64,000 nt of DNA from Owenia fusiformis. Taxonomy: Eukaryota. Each line of letters starts with the position of its first letter. The stretch's first letter is position 1. The notes under the pieces were generated by a model, which was not told the origin of the DNA, did no database searches, and saw only the letters and a list, made by a program, of their open reading frames with translations. Shown piece by piece: positions 53,071 through 64,000 of the stretch. The translations under genes and the position numbers were made by a program. The stretch covers positions 24,800,001-24,864,000 of the forward strand of contig CAIIXF020000001.1 in NCBI GenBank assembly GCA_903813345.2. Direction: 5' to 3'.

Positions 53071-54796
53071 GGTGTCACTCCGGTAAATACCACTTCCGGG
53101 TAGGACAGTGTTTTTTAATACTTTAAAAACGAAGCCATGCCAACTTCAATGGTGTGTATAGTAGGTTTAAAAAGAAAATAAGTGTATGCAATGTGGCCAT
53201 TTGAGGTATGTATGTAAAGCTTTCTAAATGTGCCATTTTAAGAAAAAAATCGCAAGAATATAGTCCCGTAAACTGGAACTACTTTATTCGTTAATTTTCA
53301 TCGGTGAAGCAGGGATTTTACCTGAAAATGAGTCCCTATGTTGGCGTAGTGATATATAAAAATCGAGACGCAAACCCTATGTTAAATACAGTGTCAAGAC
53401 GAAGGTTATGTATAGGGGAACGCAGAAATATAGTCATTGTATGGGCTAGTTCGTTCGAAAATGGCGATATGTACCCCAGAACTTGAATTTTGTGATTTTT
53501 TTCAATATTTTTCAATGATTTACAGGAGTGACACCTTAATACCCCCGCCTTAGATTGGCTGCCATTTGCGCAGAGACCATGGATGTTGTCGAATTTCAAT
53601 ATAGAGTCGATATTTACATTCAGGCTAGGCCACACTATGCTTTTAATTCACATTAAAACATCCTGTGCCTATCAGAATGGCCAAACGGGGGCCCAAAGGG
53701 GTCATAAATGGGAGAAAATCAACTGGAATTCCATCAAAATTGCTGGTTATTCTCCATAAATTACACGATTTTAAGGTTCCATACCTCATTTGAATTGCTA
53801 CAATGTTGCAAATTATCATTTTTACAGGCTTAATAAACACGCCAGGTGTATCACAGGAAGAGTAAACAAGATTAATTTGTAAATTGCTACATTGTAGCAA
53901 TGGTATGAGTATGATGTAACAATACACTGGGGCCTAACTGGCGTAATTAGGAGAAAAAGGGCAAATTTTGCACATGGGGACCACACTTGACTCAAAATAT
54001 TTGCATTTAGCAACATACATTTCAATTCATTCTGTGTAATACTTGAAAGGCATTACTATAAAGATTGACAAAATGAAATAATCTCGGAGATTTTGCGTCT
54101 AAAATTTTTGCATGAGATCTTTGAAGTTGATGACCCAATTTAAGGTCATTTTGGCCAGTTTTTAGAGACTCAGCCCTCACCTATTTCCCCAAATATGGCT
54201 AGATTTTGTAGAAAACGTATTAAAAGTTTGGAAATGCAGCTGTTTCTCGAGCATGAAATAACTCAATTGTTTGAAAAAATGCTAAATGAGCAAAAAATAT
54301 CATAGTCAAATTTTCCCGTTTTGGGATATTAAGGTGTCACTCCGGTAAATACCACTTCCGGGTAGGACAGTGTTTTTTAATACTTTAAAAACGAAGCCAT
54401 GCCAACTTCAATGGTGTGTATAGTAGGTTTAAGTGTATGCAATGTGGCCATTTGAGGTATGTATGTAAAGCTGAGGCCAAGTACTTTCTAAATGTGCCAT
54501 TTTAAGAAAAAAATCGCAAGAATATAGTCCCGTAAACTGGAACTACTTTATTCGTTAATTTTCATCGGTGAAGCAGGGATTTTACCTGAAAATGAGTCCC
54601 TATGTTGGCGTAGTGATATATAAAAATCGAGACGCAAACCCTATGTTAATAGTGTCAAGACGAAGGTTATGTATAGGGGAACGCAGAAATATAGTCATTG
54701 TATGGGCTAGTTCGTTCGAAAATGGCGATATGTACCCCAGAACTTGAATTTTGTGATTTTTTTCAATATTTTTCAATGATTTACAGGAGTGACACC
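53071..54796. mobile_element. Composite-like (KolobokP-type) non-autonomous element: two ~465-bp direct repeats, each with its own TIRs
   Basis: Copies at 53071-53535 and 54333-54796, each GGTGTCACTCCGGTAAAT ... ATTTACAGGAGTGACACC. Inner flanks are TTAA/TTAA; outer flanks are ACAA/ACAA. Confidence 0.85.
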
Positions 54797-55263
54797 ACAA
54801 ATAACTAATATAATTTTGGAAAGACAACAGATATCAGTCATTTTGTGTTGTTAGTACCTCAATTGAAATACTCAATTCTGATTGGTTGATGAGCGGGCAA
54901 CAAAATGTATTGTTAGTACCTCAACTGAAATACTCGATTCTGATTGGGTGATTAGCGGTCAAAATTATGTACTGTTGACCGCTACTTCTGAAAAAAAGTT
55001 TCATGACGTCACAAAAAACATGGAAGACGGACATTTTGTAAATGTTGAGGAAAATGACTTTACTAGGCGACAAGTATAGCAAAAATACAAATAGAAACTT
55101 AAAATTAACATTAATTCACTAACGAGTACGCCGTGATGTGCCAAATACAGAGTTAAGCTTCTTGCACTGTCTCCATATTTTCTAAAAAAAATATTGCTAA
55201 CGTGGTTCGGAGAAAAGGTTGTGAAATGAAGCCATGCCGATTGATGATCGTCGTCTATATGTG

Positions 55264-55819
55264 TATTATTAGTTTACTCGGACTAACAAAACAATTGTAG
55301 ACCTCTCCATTCGATCAACCGTCAAAATCATATACCTCGACTGTAAACCTTGAAACTACTGTTGACCTCGACCTTCGGTCTCTGTCAACAGTATTTTTTC
55401 GGTTTACAGTCTCGGTATACAATTTTGCCGGTTGGCCTCTGGGGAGGTCAACAATTGTAAACTGTTGACCACTACTAGGTACTGTTGACCCCTATTTTTG
55501 AAAAATTGTTTTTTTTAATGTTGAAATTTTTTTAATTTTGAAAAAATAAGTTGTGTAAAAAATTACAAGTATTCGACGGTTTGGGGATTTTTTGCTAAAA
55601 TATGATACCTTTACTTATCAAATATGTTCACGTGATATTCGATTATATATTCGTCCAATTATTATATTATTTGGACTAACAGAACAATTGTTAACCTCTC
55701 TTTTCGGTCAACTGGCAAAAGTGTCCTCGACCTCTGGTCTTGATCAACAGTACTTTCAAGGTTTACAGTATCGGTATACAATTTTGCCAGTTGACCTCAA
55801 GAGGGGTCTACAATTGTAT
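55264..55819. repeat. Two related hairpin-forming repeats (55264-55458 and 55663-55819)
   Basis: Both run GGACTAACA.AACAATTGT...GGTTTACAGT.TCGGTATACAATTTTGCC.GTTG.CCTC...ACAATTGT. The first folds around GACCTTCGGTC. Confidence 0.7.
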
Positions 55820-55828
55820 ATTGTATAT

Positions 55829-56012
55829 TATGAGGTTATATAATGGTTCTTTCTGTATATCGTGTTTATACTCGAGTGAGTATATGATATATTCACAAGT
55901 GAGCGTGAGAATATAATATATTCACTCGTTCGCTACGCTCACTTGTGAATATATCATATACTCACTCGAGTATAAACACGATATACAGAAAGAACCATTA
56001 TATAACCTCATA
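55829..56012. repeat. Perfect 78-bp inverted repeat with 28-nt spacer
   Basis: 55829-55906 is the exact reverse complement of 55935-56012. Confidence 0.92.
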
Positions 56013-57513
56013 TTATCCCACCCAAAGTATGATGTCATATATCAAGTTGAAGAGTTGTATACGCTGCTCAGGAGTTTACGCTATCCAGGAGTTGTACATC
56101 GTTCTCAAGAGTTGTATAGGATGAGCGTTGGTTTAATGATATTGCAGTTATACAATGCTATTATATAAAAGTTATTTACTGAGAGGGATTCAATATTGGT
56201 TTTATTTCGAGAGACAATATGATATTTCCCGAGGGCCCGGGATATCTGGGATAACTGTACCCCTATCAATTTACCTTTTTGGGCCCTAAATCTTATCACT
56301 TTTGTTTACCTTTTTACTCAGTCGGAGAGAAGGAATCCAAAGAGAGCAATAATTCTACATGTGCGTCGTGCAAGATTTCCATTAAACGTGTAACTAAACG
56401 GGCTCTCTAATAAAGTCAATTAGACGTTTTTACACGTTGGCTCTCCAAATTGTAGGAAATATAGAATCATGTCATATTATATCATAGATGAAGCAATCAT
56501 CCCATCAACATAAGCTCACGAATGTCACAGTTAAACTGTTTTAGTTATAATTTGATAAACAGTGGTAACGTACATCTACTAGTTTATCACTGTTCCACAG
56601 AAGGATGACAGATAATATCATGATAATATCCAATAGCTCATCATGTTTACCGAGAACGAAAGATATTTGTCCACCATTTTGAATGATACTAACTGGAGTC
56701 AGGGTCATCAAGCTATGGAACAGTGGTTTATGAAAATAGATTGGGTTACTAAAGCTTGCCATGTTAAAAGCGATTGAACTATGTTATAGAATAACGTCCA
56801 GTACATTATAATATGTAAAAGTATAAATTTTTGAAAATACATATAAAGATCTTCGCCCGCAGGACGTGTATTTTGAATGCCTTGAGAAGAACGCAAATAT
56901 GGGTAGGCTAATTGGTAACGGTATTGCAATAGTAGCATTTAAAAATCTGTTCCTCTCGAGATGAAATTATACTATTAATTGGTGTTGCTGCATCATTGCT
57001 CAAATCTAGAGGAGTGTTGTTGCATCTTCGGTTTGGTGTTGTTGCATCAATAGTGAGGAACTAAAACCGTGAACTTATTGCTTCTTGGTGATGGTATATG
57101 TATATTAATGACAGTTTCTTTAAATATAGATCGTGCGCTAACTGTACGTGAATGGTTATTGAGCAACTTGTCCTAGAAATGGTTTTAATTGGGGAAACAA
57201 AATATCGTACGAAAATCTATCACCGGAAGTCTGGCCATCTTGATGCAACAACACGGTGTTGTTGCATCACGATACTCCCCAGTGCCATTGCAAATATAGA
57301 GTAAAAATACGACTGTATCATTCAACCTATCCGGGGTACTAATGACATTGTTGTATTCTTCTTTTATAAGGAAAATCTAAATCTAATTTACTCGATTATC
57401 GTGCAGATATGTGATGTACTGACGTGTTAACACCACAACATATATAGCATTTAATATTATCAGGGTTCTCACTAGGCTTTTAAACTCCAGGGATTCTCTG
57501 GAGTCTAATTTTT

Positions 57514-59530
57514 TGTAGACCCTCTTGCTCCAGAATAGTGTGGGAAATTTAGGAATTCCCCACTTTGTGTTATTTTAATTAAATTGTAATAATCTTTAAT
57601 AAATTTAGAAGTTAATTGTTACATGTCATTAACAATATAAGAGAGACTCTCCCGGGAGTTACTAATTACACTGGACCGAAAGGTAAAGGGTATTTCCCCT
57701 AAAATTGGTCACGTGGGATCCCTGATTTACAATAGTTGAACCTGGGGCTTGAAGAAGAAGAAGCGTGAGGAAGATGGCGGCCATTTAGCTTTGGATTGAT
57801 GCTGAAACTTGTGGAGATATCGTAGGAGATAAGTGTAATCTATCATTAAGGATAGTGACATTTATTCGAGAAGTATTTTGTGCTGTTGTTGAGGCAGTTT
57901 AATCTACACGGAAGTAGGTTTATTGGACGTTTTGGAGAGGGAAGAGCGGGAGAGAATTAGGGCCATGTGTGGTGTGACTACCTGTTGATGACCCGAAGTT
58001 TGGAGTAAGGTATCTAGAAGCAGGAAGACGCATGTGGTAAGGTAACCTTTTTCTATGGCTCGTATTCCATAGCTTCAAATGATGTTGAGGATGATGATGT
58101 GCTGATCATCTATTATTTTTGAGAAGCAGTGAATTATTTATAAGACTTTATTAAAGGTGCATTTATGTGCGTTTAACTTTGTATTTCCAAGCTAAATATT
58201 TCCATCTGGCTGCCAGTGTTGTCTTCCAAGTGTTTGATATCTAAGCCTGTAAATTTTATTCTCAGTTGCGGCATCTAAAAGTGAGCTGGAAGTAACTGTC
58301 ACTTCCTGCGGAACTACCAGAGAGTGACTGGGAATAATTGTTGTTTAGTGTTGATCAGAACCTGATTTATACAGTATTTCTATGCTTATATCAGTTTGAG
58401 ATCTCAAATAACCTTTCTATAGTTGTGCTTTTAGTGTTTTTCTACCTTTGCTAATAAAAAGGGGAATCTATATCTCTTTAATAAATTAATTCATCATCCT
58501 TTAGCTTCTCTTAACAAATACTCCTTATTTCATTCTCTCAACGCTCCTCTTGTACCATTGAAGAGCCAAAGATATTTGTGAAATAAATTGATCTTTTGCC
58601 TTTGCTCCTCATGTAAATTATTTTTGAGTAATAGAGATTGTGTATTTCTCATTAGAGCTTTATCAGAAAATTCATAACTCGCTCCTTATACTAAATAACT
58701 CCAGGAGTAACTTATCTCAAGAATTGTACTCATCATTATTGTAAGAGCTAGTTTATTCAGGTTTGCTCTTTGGCCCTACAGAATCTACCAGTGAGCCGAG
58801 AGTAATTATTATTCTCCGCGGAACTAACAGAGAGTAGGCTAGGAGTTATCTGAGAGTGGAAAGAGTAGGAATATACAACGAGTAATCCAAGGAGTAATTG
58901 AGGAGTTATCTGAGAGCAGGAATAAACAACGAGTAATCATTGGAGTAATTAAGGAGTTGTCTGAGATTAGGAGTAATCAAGGAGTAATCTGAGAGCAGGA
59001 GGAGTAAATTGAGAGTGATCATATTAGCAGAGGAGGAGCAACTTGAGGAAACCAAGAGTAAATTGAAGTAAGCTGAAGAATAGCCAGGAGTATTATAAAT
59101 TTTGATGTGAGGAGTAACCAGAGCAACGACCCTAGAAGAGACGAAGCAGCAGAGTGAATATAATTTTCAGGACATTGAGAGTAGTATTTCTTTATGAACA
59201 ATTCAGTGATGATAGACATTTGAGTTTTATTTTATCAGAGCATTTGAGTAATAATAAGGACTTTGAGATTACTCTTTGAGTATATGAGAATAAATAAAGA
59301 CAGTAGACATACATTATTTGAGTAGATTGCTATTTTATTGTAATTTTTATTGTAATTGTACAAATATATGTGTTTTTGTTGCCATTAATTCTTGTCGTGT
59401 ATGTTCTCTTAAGCCGCAGTACCACCAAACCAGGTCTGCGCCCACGTAGATAATCTGTGAGAATCCCATAATAAAATATTTGTCAGTGACTTGACCTCTC
59501 CACACTACCACATTTTGGCCAGGTCCGACA
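57514..59530 (+). mobile_element. Probable 5' LTR of a Gypsy-type retrotransposon (left boundary uncertain)
   Basis: Ends in ...GGTCCGACA immediately before a PBS; candidate start TGTAGACC. Contains AATAAA (~59288) and GGAGTAAT/GAGTTATCTGAGA short repeats (58840-59010). No second LTR in the window. Confidence 0.5.
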
Positions 59531-59531
59531 T

Positions 59532-59550
59532 TGGTGGCAGCGTCGGGATT
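59532..59550 (+). promoter_or_regulatory. Primer-binding site, probably tRNA-Leu
   Basis: TGGTGGCAGCGTCGGGATT, located 1 nt after the terminal CA. It is a near-complement of the tRNA-Leu 3' end as recalled (...AATCCCACCGCTGCCACCA). Confidence 0.7.
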
Positions 59551-59578
59551 TGCTTAGGGAGGACGTCCAAAAGAGAAT

Positions 59579-60964
59579 ATGGCAACTAAACCAGAGGAAG
59601 GAATGGAATACGTGGAATCCCAGATGGAAGGAAGAACACAAGAGGAGGAGTCCTCTGATAACACTGTCTTCTTCAAAGGAGATACTGCTCAAATGGATAT
59701 TGAGCTTGATGATACAGTGCCAGTCAGAAGAGACACGTTTAGTGGAACTGAATCTGCAAGACAAGCAGAGGAAAATCCAGCAGGAGCGAGGTCAAAGACT
59801 GGATACACAGTACAGGGAGAAGGTTATGGGATGACACCAGCAAGAGGTTACCCTTTAACATCCACTGTACTTGATGGAAAATCTCCAGGAGTAATTATAC
59901 CCATGGAAAAGGAGCTACAGAGTCAACAATTCCAGATGTCTGTTTTAAACAGTCAACTGAAGGCGCTGGACCAGCAAAACAGAACTATGTATGAGGATCT
60001 GAGGAGGGAAGTCTACTCAGGTCAGGAAAATCTTCGAAGGGAAGTACATGCAGGTCAGAGAGAGATACAAACTGAGATAGAAAGACTGAGTGCAAGCCAC
60101 CTAGAAGCGCAACAAGAAGTTAAGGGCTTTCTGTCTATTCTAGTGCAGCGTCTCCCAGCTACTAAGGATGATAGTCGTTTGACTTCTGATGAGTCAGTGA
60201 GTAAACAAAAGCAGAGTTATAGGAGTACAATGACTGCAAATCAAGAGCTAGAGCAGAAGAGTAGACTAGACTCTCCACATTCTCCAGGCAGAGTAAATAC
60301 TCAGCCGCAAGGAGATGTATGTTCTGGCATATATAGGAAAAGGCCATCACTTCAGAGACAGGATCGGTATGTTGGTGAGGAATTAGCATCTCATCTTGGC
60401 AAAGGATGGTCACAGGATGCTAAGATGGGGGGTGATAGGTTGCCATTATCACAAGAATATGAAAGGAGTTACTCTGAACAACTGAGAGAGCAGGGGAAAT
60501 CTGTTCCATTGCTCAGAGAGGAGACGTATCAGAAACCTACCCAATACTCCCGTGAGCCGTTGGCCCAGGAGGGGGTTGGGGAATTCCATGACGCAGGAGA
60601 ACTCGAGAGGAGTGAGATAAGGAGAAGTAGGAGACATTCCCTACACTCTCCGATAGAGTACCCTCTTGATCATCAGGATGGAAGGCAACCAGAGGATCTA
60701 ATTGGTAATATTCCAAATCCAGATCTTAGTAGAGATACCCAGCAGAGGGTATCAAAGGAAGCATTAGCTCCAGAGGTGAAAGAGGAGAAAGCAGCAGAGT
60801 CAGTGATTGTTACCAAGGTTCTGGACATGTGTACTAAGTTAATCAAGTCCAACAAAGGTCCACGGGTGCGAATAAAGCCAACACATACCTTCGATGGTAG
60901 TACACCTTGGAAAGACTACAAGGCATATTTTTCTACATGTGTCACAAGACAAAATCGTGTTTAA
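59579..60964 (+). pseudogene. 3'-truncated Gypsy-type gag ORF
   Basis: ATG directly after the PBS, then a coiled-coil-like segment. Ends with RIKPTHTFDGSTPWKDYKAYFSTC (P..FDG...W..Y...F gag motif) and drops abruptly into AT-rich DNA at about 60940. No pol follows. Confidence 0.72.
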
Positions 60965-61769
60965 TAATTTGCAATAAACTGCTTATTACCATCTTACTCG
61001 GTGCTTAGTTGTCGCTATCCTTGATTATTGATACACTTATTTGGAAGGTTACTTCTGCTTACCCCTAGGTATTGATACACGTATCCGTGGTTTTTAGGCC
61101 CGAATACCGAGGTTTATCTTTTTAATTATCGTGTCTTATTCTATTGCATTAATATGTTGTTAACTTTAGAACTACGCGCGTGATATGATAGGCCTACATT
61201 CTGACATTTATTTGAATATGCTACGTGTGTATGCTTGGTTTTTGGACTGATAACGAGTAGTAAGTATCGATGTGTTTAGCTAAATAGAAGCGTGATAATC
61301 CATAAAGCTAGATAAGGACAATTCGTTTAAAAGAAAGCTACACTTTATAAATCTATTAATAAAAATGTAATATTTTAAGAAAAACAGGTTTTTAGATTTA
61401 CCAGACGCCAGCAAGGTGTTGTGGTTTACGATATTAATTGAAGTTGCAGATTAAATATTCTTATTTAAAGACGTCTTTATGCAAAAAGTCTGATCTATTT
61501 AAGACATCAGTATTCTCAGAAATTGGTTATCCGAAGCGGATACCAAGTTCTGACCAGCAGACGAACAATTGGAGACATAGGTTATGTTTGTTTATTTAAC
61601 GGTCAGACTTGTTGACTTGCCGATCCGTATTTTCAACTTTGTGCGAACACGTTCTGTTTATTATTCCTTTATACTTTGTATTTGCTGAGCAATGACTGAT
61701 TTGATAGTTTTATTCAAAAATTTTATTGTCCATTTTTTATATTTTTAATAAGTGATGTTTGATAAGTAA

Positions 61770-62560
61770 AAAAATTAAGAAATGGTGTAATTCTTTGTGG
61801 TAAATCATAAGATTGATTATGTCTAACCATGAGATAATGAAATGACTGAGGTAAGATATAAGCATTTGTTATGGAAGACATATTATCAATATATCAGGTA
61901 TATCACATATAAAAATAAATACAGCGTTGTTGCAAATTGAGCAATTGTTTTAATAATATAATAAACGGGGCCGTTGGAAGAAACATTACAACATATTGAT
62001 ATTGAGCGTCATGTGTTGTTTGAACTGTCTTGTCGCTCATAATTACATCAGCCAGTTGTCCATAATCCGGCGTTTCTCAGTCTGGCATGCTTTACTGATT
62101 TTAGGAATGGTTGCAAGATTTCCCATATTATGTCCTTTTAATGGCCATTTTGTATGCCTTTTATTTCCACACCATGTTTTGATTTTGCCTTGATGCTATT
62201 GTGTCATAGTGTTTTTGCTTTAAAAAAGCAAGAAATATCAACTTTTTAATTAAAGAAATGTTGGTTAATCTCTTGTTGTAAATCACATTGTTGATTATGT
62301 TAACGGACCATGAGATAACATATTGTCAGGGGAAAGATATCAATAATATAAAATAAATATTATAGATATTAATTGTTTGCACTGAAGTAATGTGACTATT
62401 CTAGCGAATCAGGTAGATATTTCTACGGTTTTCCGGTTTTTCCGTAATGAAAGCATTTATTTTTCGTTTCCATTAATTTGACTAGTAGGGTCGTTGATAA
62501 ACACATTAAAACTGTAAAAGTATCTATTGGAAGTACTTGTTTTAACTGTCTTGTCGCCTC
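61770..62560. repeat. Diverged ~0.5-kb tandem duplication
   Basis: GTAAATCA..TTGATTATGT..ACCATGAGATAA at ~61800 and ~62278; AACTGTCTTGTCGC at ~62023 and ~62544. Confidence 0.55.
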
Positions 62561-62586
62561 TCTTTTTGACTCTCAAAGTCAAATGG

Positions 62587-62807
62587 CATAGCCGTAGCCA
62601 GGGGGGGGGGGTGCGATGCATAACCAATAAAATAGAACCATGAAATAGAAGAAGAGAAAGAAGCTTCTAGCTCAATTTTGAAGGAAGTTGCATCTTTTGG
62701 CCTGCTTTTGCCACGATTGCACCCCTCTCCCGAATGAAAACCGAGATTGTTTTTCTTGGCGATCGTATCCCCCCCCCCCCCCTGACTGAAAGTTGGCTAT
62801 GCCCCTG
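62587..62807. mobile_element. Small degenerate MITE with G-run/C-run subtermini
   Basis: CATAGCCGTAGCCAG(G)n ... (C)n...TGGCTATGCCCCTG. No TSD recovered. Confidence 0.4.
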
Positions 62808-64000
62808 AACATGGATAATAGGGGCACTATTACCATGCGTACAGAGTCTAGTTATAAACTATAAGAAGACGAAACTCTCTTTTTCATACACATGCCTGCA
62901 TAACAATCGGAGACAGAAGTTTTAACATTGTCCAACAAAAATAATAAGAATCTAACATTTAATGATAACAAAAGGATTAATTGCTATATAGTCTTTGTTT
63001 TTTAACTGCAGACGTATACCAACATCAACTTGATTACAGAAAAGATTATCTAACAGTCTAGAATTGCTCCTGGGTTTTAATTACAGTTTATGAATAGAGT
63101 TATTTTTGCCTCTATTCTCATTTTTAAACCGGTCTCTGTTTGCTTATCCATTATTTGTGATAAATTATTTCAGTTAGAGTCGAAATCAAACACCAAATAA
63201 ACCGGATTAAAATAAGCCAGTCTGATTGCGAATTTGCAAATCCTGTAAAAGTAACTTAAAGCCGCCTTTTAATTAGAGAAAACAATAAGCTTATCCATCT
63301 GATTAAGAAGAAATCAATGCTATTTGATTCGTGCATTATCTTCAAGCAAGCCAGTAAGACAATCAACGATCTGGCGTTTTGTTTAATCCCCGCCAGTTTA
63401 AATTCAATATTGACCAATGCATGACTTAATATTTTCATTCTACAAACATTGCAGTGTTTTAATGATTGTATAAACCACATTGTTACCATCCCCGATGCAC
63501 CATCAGGCCTGTCTCTCAACCCAAAGTTGTATATCTGTAATTTGGGGGGGGGGGGGGGGCGACGTTCATGTAGAAATATACAATAATTATGTCCGTGTAA
63601 AAGCTAAAATTATAAAAAATCTAATTTCAAAGTCATTCTATTCATGGAAGCGTCAAGTTATGAAAAACAATGCTAAACACTAAAATAAACAAATCGACTA
63701 GATTACTTTTGAAAACTTCCTGAGAGGAAATGGACAAATGTATTTTCCTAACTCATTAGAACGTCTGTCTGATTGAAATACTATTTTTCTAAATACAATA
63801 TAAATGAATAAATCTTGGTTGCAAAATAATGCTGAGCCTAATAAAAAATTCAAATACTTTCTTTTGCAAATTCCTGAAGAAACTAAAGGATTACAGGTTT
63901 GGTTAGAATAAACTGCTTAAATTGTACATTTTAAAACTATTAGTGTGATTTGAAACCCGGGATTTGAAACAAGTTTGTATTGAAGGTCTGTTACAGAGGG

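Larger units (their letters stand above)
52483..57284. mobile_element. Non-autonomous CAC-terminated DNA transposon with 5-bp TSD (Transib-like) and ~250-bp TIRs
   Basis: CCATT|CACTGGGG ... CCCCAGTG|CCATT. TIRs at 52483-52732 and 57035-57284. Removing the element plus one CCATT restores the host MITE arm. Confidence 0.85.
51431..57339. mobile_element. Foldback MITE (~1.1 kb, ~380-bp arms) interrupted by a 4.8-kb insertion
   Basis: TA|GTACCCCGGA ... TCCGGGGTAC|TA. Left arm 51431-51810 is the inverse of 52157-52482 joined to 57290-57339. Confidence 0.85.

Noticed and set aside
53304-54827. Short ORFs within the composite element as transposase or cargo genes
   Set aside because: They are short, have no catalytic motifs, and are not preserved between the two repeat copies.
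52483-57284. Calling this a ProtoRAG/RAG transposon
   Set aside because: No RAG1/RAG2-like coding sequence or nonamer is visible. Only the CAC ends and 5-bp TSD are supported.
63012-63061. Good-looking acceptor (tttgttttttaactgcag) as the next exon of the second gene
   Set aside because: The phase-1 frame stops after 16 codons and is not mucin-like. It cannot be supported without transcripts.

Overview
AT-rich animal genomic DNA with GT-AG introns. A marine invertebrate is suggested by the transposon content, but the species cannot be determined. Positions 1-37314 are the 3' part of one giant + strand transmembrane mucin gene. It has a single uninterrupted coding exon of >31.6 kb built from a 141-bp (47-aa) Thr/Ala/Asp/Val repeat. 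Eight further exons encode SEA, a second Pro/Thr/Ser repeat, EGF, SEA, Ca-binding EGF, EGF, a TM helix and a ~194-aa cytoplasmic tail ending in DYF-stop. Splice phases match throughout and give >=11,501 aa inside the window; the N-terminus lies upstream. The terminal DYF and overall layout recall HEG1. Downstream there are two paralogous 55-nt signal-peptide first exons (42747, 48137) and a Thr-rich exon (49191), which suggest a second mucin-like gene that the ORF track misses. The rest is dense with mobile DNA: a CMC-type (CACTG, 3-bp TSD) element, Kolobok and Harbinger-like MITEs, a Tc1/mariner fossil, a nest of foldback MITE > CAC-ended 5-bp-TSD (Transib-like) element > composite KolobokP-like element plus palindromes, and a truncated Gypsy LTR element. 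All calls were made by eye; no database searches were run.
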